Part shown: piece by piece, positions 62,450 to 64,000 of the stretch
How the letters are laid out: every line of letters starts with the position of its first letter
How positions within the stretch are numbered: the stretch's first letter is position 1
Origin: Blepharisma stoltei ATCC 30299
Lineage: Eukaryota > Protista > Ciliophora
Assembly: GCA_965603825.1 (NCBI GenBank)
Contig: CBFDEM010000056.1
Location: forward strand, 558,001 to 622,000
DNA: 64,000 nt
Reading direction: 5' to 3'
Made by a program: the position numbers and the translations under genes
Notes under the pieces: generated by a model
Seen by the model: only the letters and a program-made list of their open reading frames with translations
The model's database searches: none
What the model was told of the DNA's origin: nothing

Positions 62450-62457
62450 TATCGTAA

Positions 62458-63438
62458 CTATCTTGCAATGTCAAAAGTCTGCACAACAGGTTTTGATATT
62501 GTTCCTAACATTAATCGCTTATATGGATGCTCTCTATCGAACTCTTGTGGGCATAAGACTACAACTGTTTCGTCACTTCTTTCAGGCAGCTCCAGTCCAT
62601 CTGGTATCTTTGCTTGTAAATATGGAGCGAGCGGCTGAGTCTGAGCTTGACTTCCTACAACAGATATGTTGAAGTAAAGTCCTCTGTCTTTGGATCTAAA
62701 CAAATAAATTATTATAAACAAGCTAATAGTCTCACACACCTCACCAAAAATGACAACAATATCTCAATATATCTCAGGAGGATCTAAAAAGCTTGCAACT
62801 ATCATCAGAAATGTAATTGTCAAAATTTTTTGAAAATAAAAAAAATAGCAAACTTTCAAGAAAAATTTGAGCATAGAAACTTTCTCCGATGTTGGCGGAA
62901 TCATTTGAGTTATGTTGGAATCTCTCAAAGAATTCAATCGGGTTTGCAAAGCCTTTATGTTCGCAGAACAGTATTTTCAGGTAAGGTAAAATAATATAGA
63001 GAGCATTATGTCCAGTAAAATAATCAACTGCTGTGGGTTGATCATAAATGCACTAAATCCTAAATAAACGGCTCCCATCGTCATTGCAATAACTGTGACT
63101 TCACTTCTTTCTAGCATATCCCTAGTGATCCCAAACCCTTTACTAATTAAAATTAAGGATGTGAAAATAAAGGTGTTGTAAAGCGTATATGTCGAACTTC
63201 AAGCCAAATCTCAATAGTCATAAGCAGCTGATTCTTGGCATGTAAAATATCTAGGAGATAAAAAAATATCATTGAAAGTCTTGAAGCATAAAACCAAAAC
63301 TATCACTTTTTGCAGAGGCTTGGTGAATCGTCAGTTTATTTTTCAGGTATTTATGATTCACCAGATAAAGCAGCTACCCCAGGCTATGCTAGCGAAGATG
63401 TAAAAATAGCCTAAAACCAAGCTATTCGAGCATGTCAT
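62458..63438 (-). CDS. Multi-pass membrane protein (GOST/GPR107-like 7TM, tentative), about 326 aa
   Basis: One frame from ATG 63438 to TAG 62458 with seven TGA codons; repeated hydrophobic helices; LISKGFGITRDML. Confidence 0.75.
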
Positions 63439-64000
63439 TTTTTAATTTTTATTATTTTTCACCAAATTGCTAGTCTATCTAATAAAACCTATACAAAATT
63501 GCTTTATACAGCAAATCAAAGGTGCTTTAGATTATAAATTCAAAATATCCGCTATAGAAAAGGCTTATTAGAGGCTTCCCCTAAATCAAAAATTTAGCAT
63601 TTTAATTGTGATTATCTGCTGTCAAAATTTGAATTGAGTATTAAAAATTCATGGCTCCGAACTGAATAAAAAAGAAAACTTTAAGATTTTCAATTCTTAC
63701 TTCTATTGTGCTTTTTATCTGCTCCGTTTCTAGTTAACCTTCATAAATTCCTTTTTATTTTTCTCCGCTGACAAAGTGTGTGAATTTTATCAACAGCCTC
63801 GCTAAACCAAACAATTTAGCTCCTCAGAGTAAGGATCTGATTTTTCAAAATTAGCACAAAAATCAAATATCAAGAATAACTTCTTTGATAAATTGTTTAA
63901 TGAATATCTTCATATGCTTCATGAAATATATCTTCAATAAATTTTGAGAGTTGTACTTACAAAATGAGAGTATGTTAAAAAAGTAAGCATAGCATATATA

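Noticed and set aside
63800-64000. About 60-codon minus-strand frame open under TGA=Trp
   Set aside because: AT-rich, no recognisable motif, and at the window edge.

Overview
Gene-dense, AT-rich eukaryotic DNA from a heterotrich ciliate, most likely the macronuclear genome of Blepharisma. In-frame TGA codons fall at conserved Trp positions throughout, every gene I could complete ends in TAA or TAG, and introns are tiny (21 canonical 15-nt GT-AG candidates). The supplied standard-code ORF track therefore splits many genes. I reassembled about 34 protein-coding genes, including an RBR E3 ligase, DHHC, PKA-like kinase, multi-domain adenylate kinase, TPI, CEP70-like, TTC14-like, uL13m, ALYREF-like, NDUFS8, DnaJ, IFT81, roadblock, CDPK, PAP2-like, sorting nexin, acyl-CoA synthetase, WNK, TBC1D31, WASHC2, TRAPPC10-like, LSm5, Ssf1, PKG and metaxin. 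One compact 18S-5.8S-28S rDNA unit sits between protein genes. Main observations: (1) LSm5 and the TTC14-like gene appear to yield full-length protein only if a 16-nt GT...AGG intron is removed at a GG acceptor. Both have the putative branch A at position 11, while all 21 canonical introns have A at position 10, suggesting a branch-point ruler for the 3' splice site. (2) A WNK kinase carries a C-terminal bacterial-type peptidoglycan-binding domain. (3) The rDNA unit is single and chromosome-internal. All coordinates were read by eye; family calls rest on motif recognition, not database searches.
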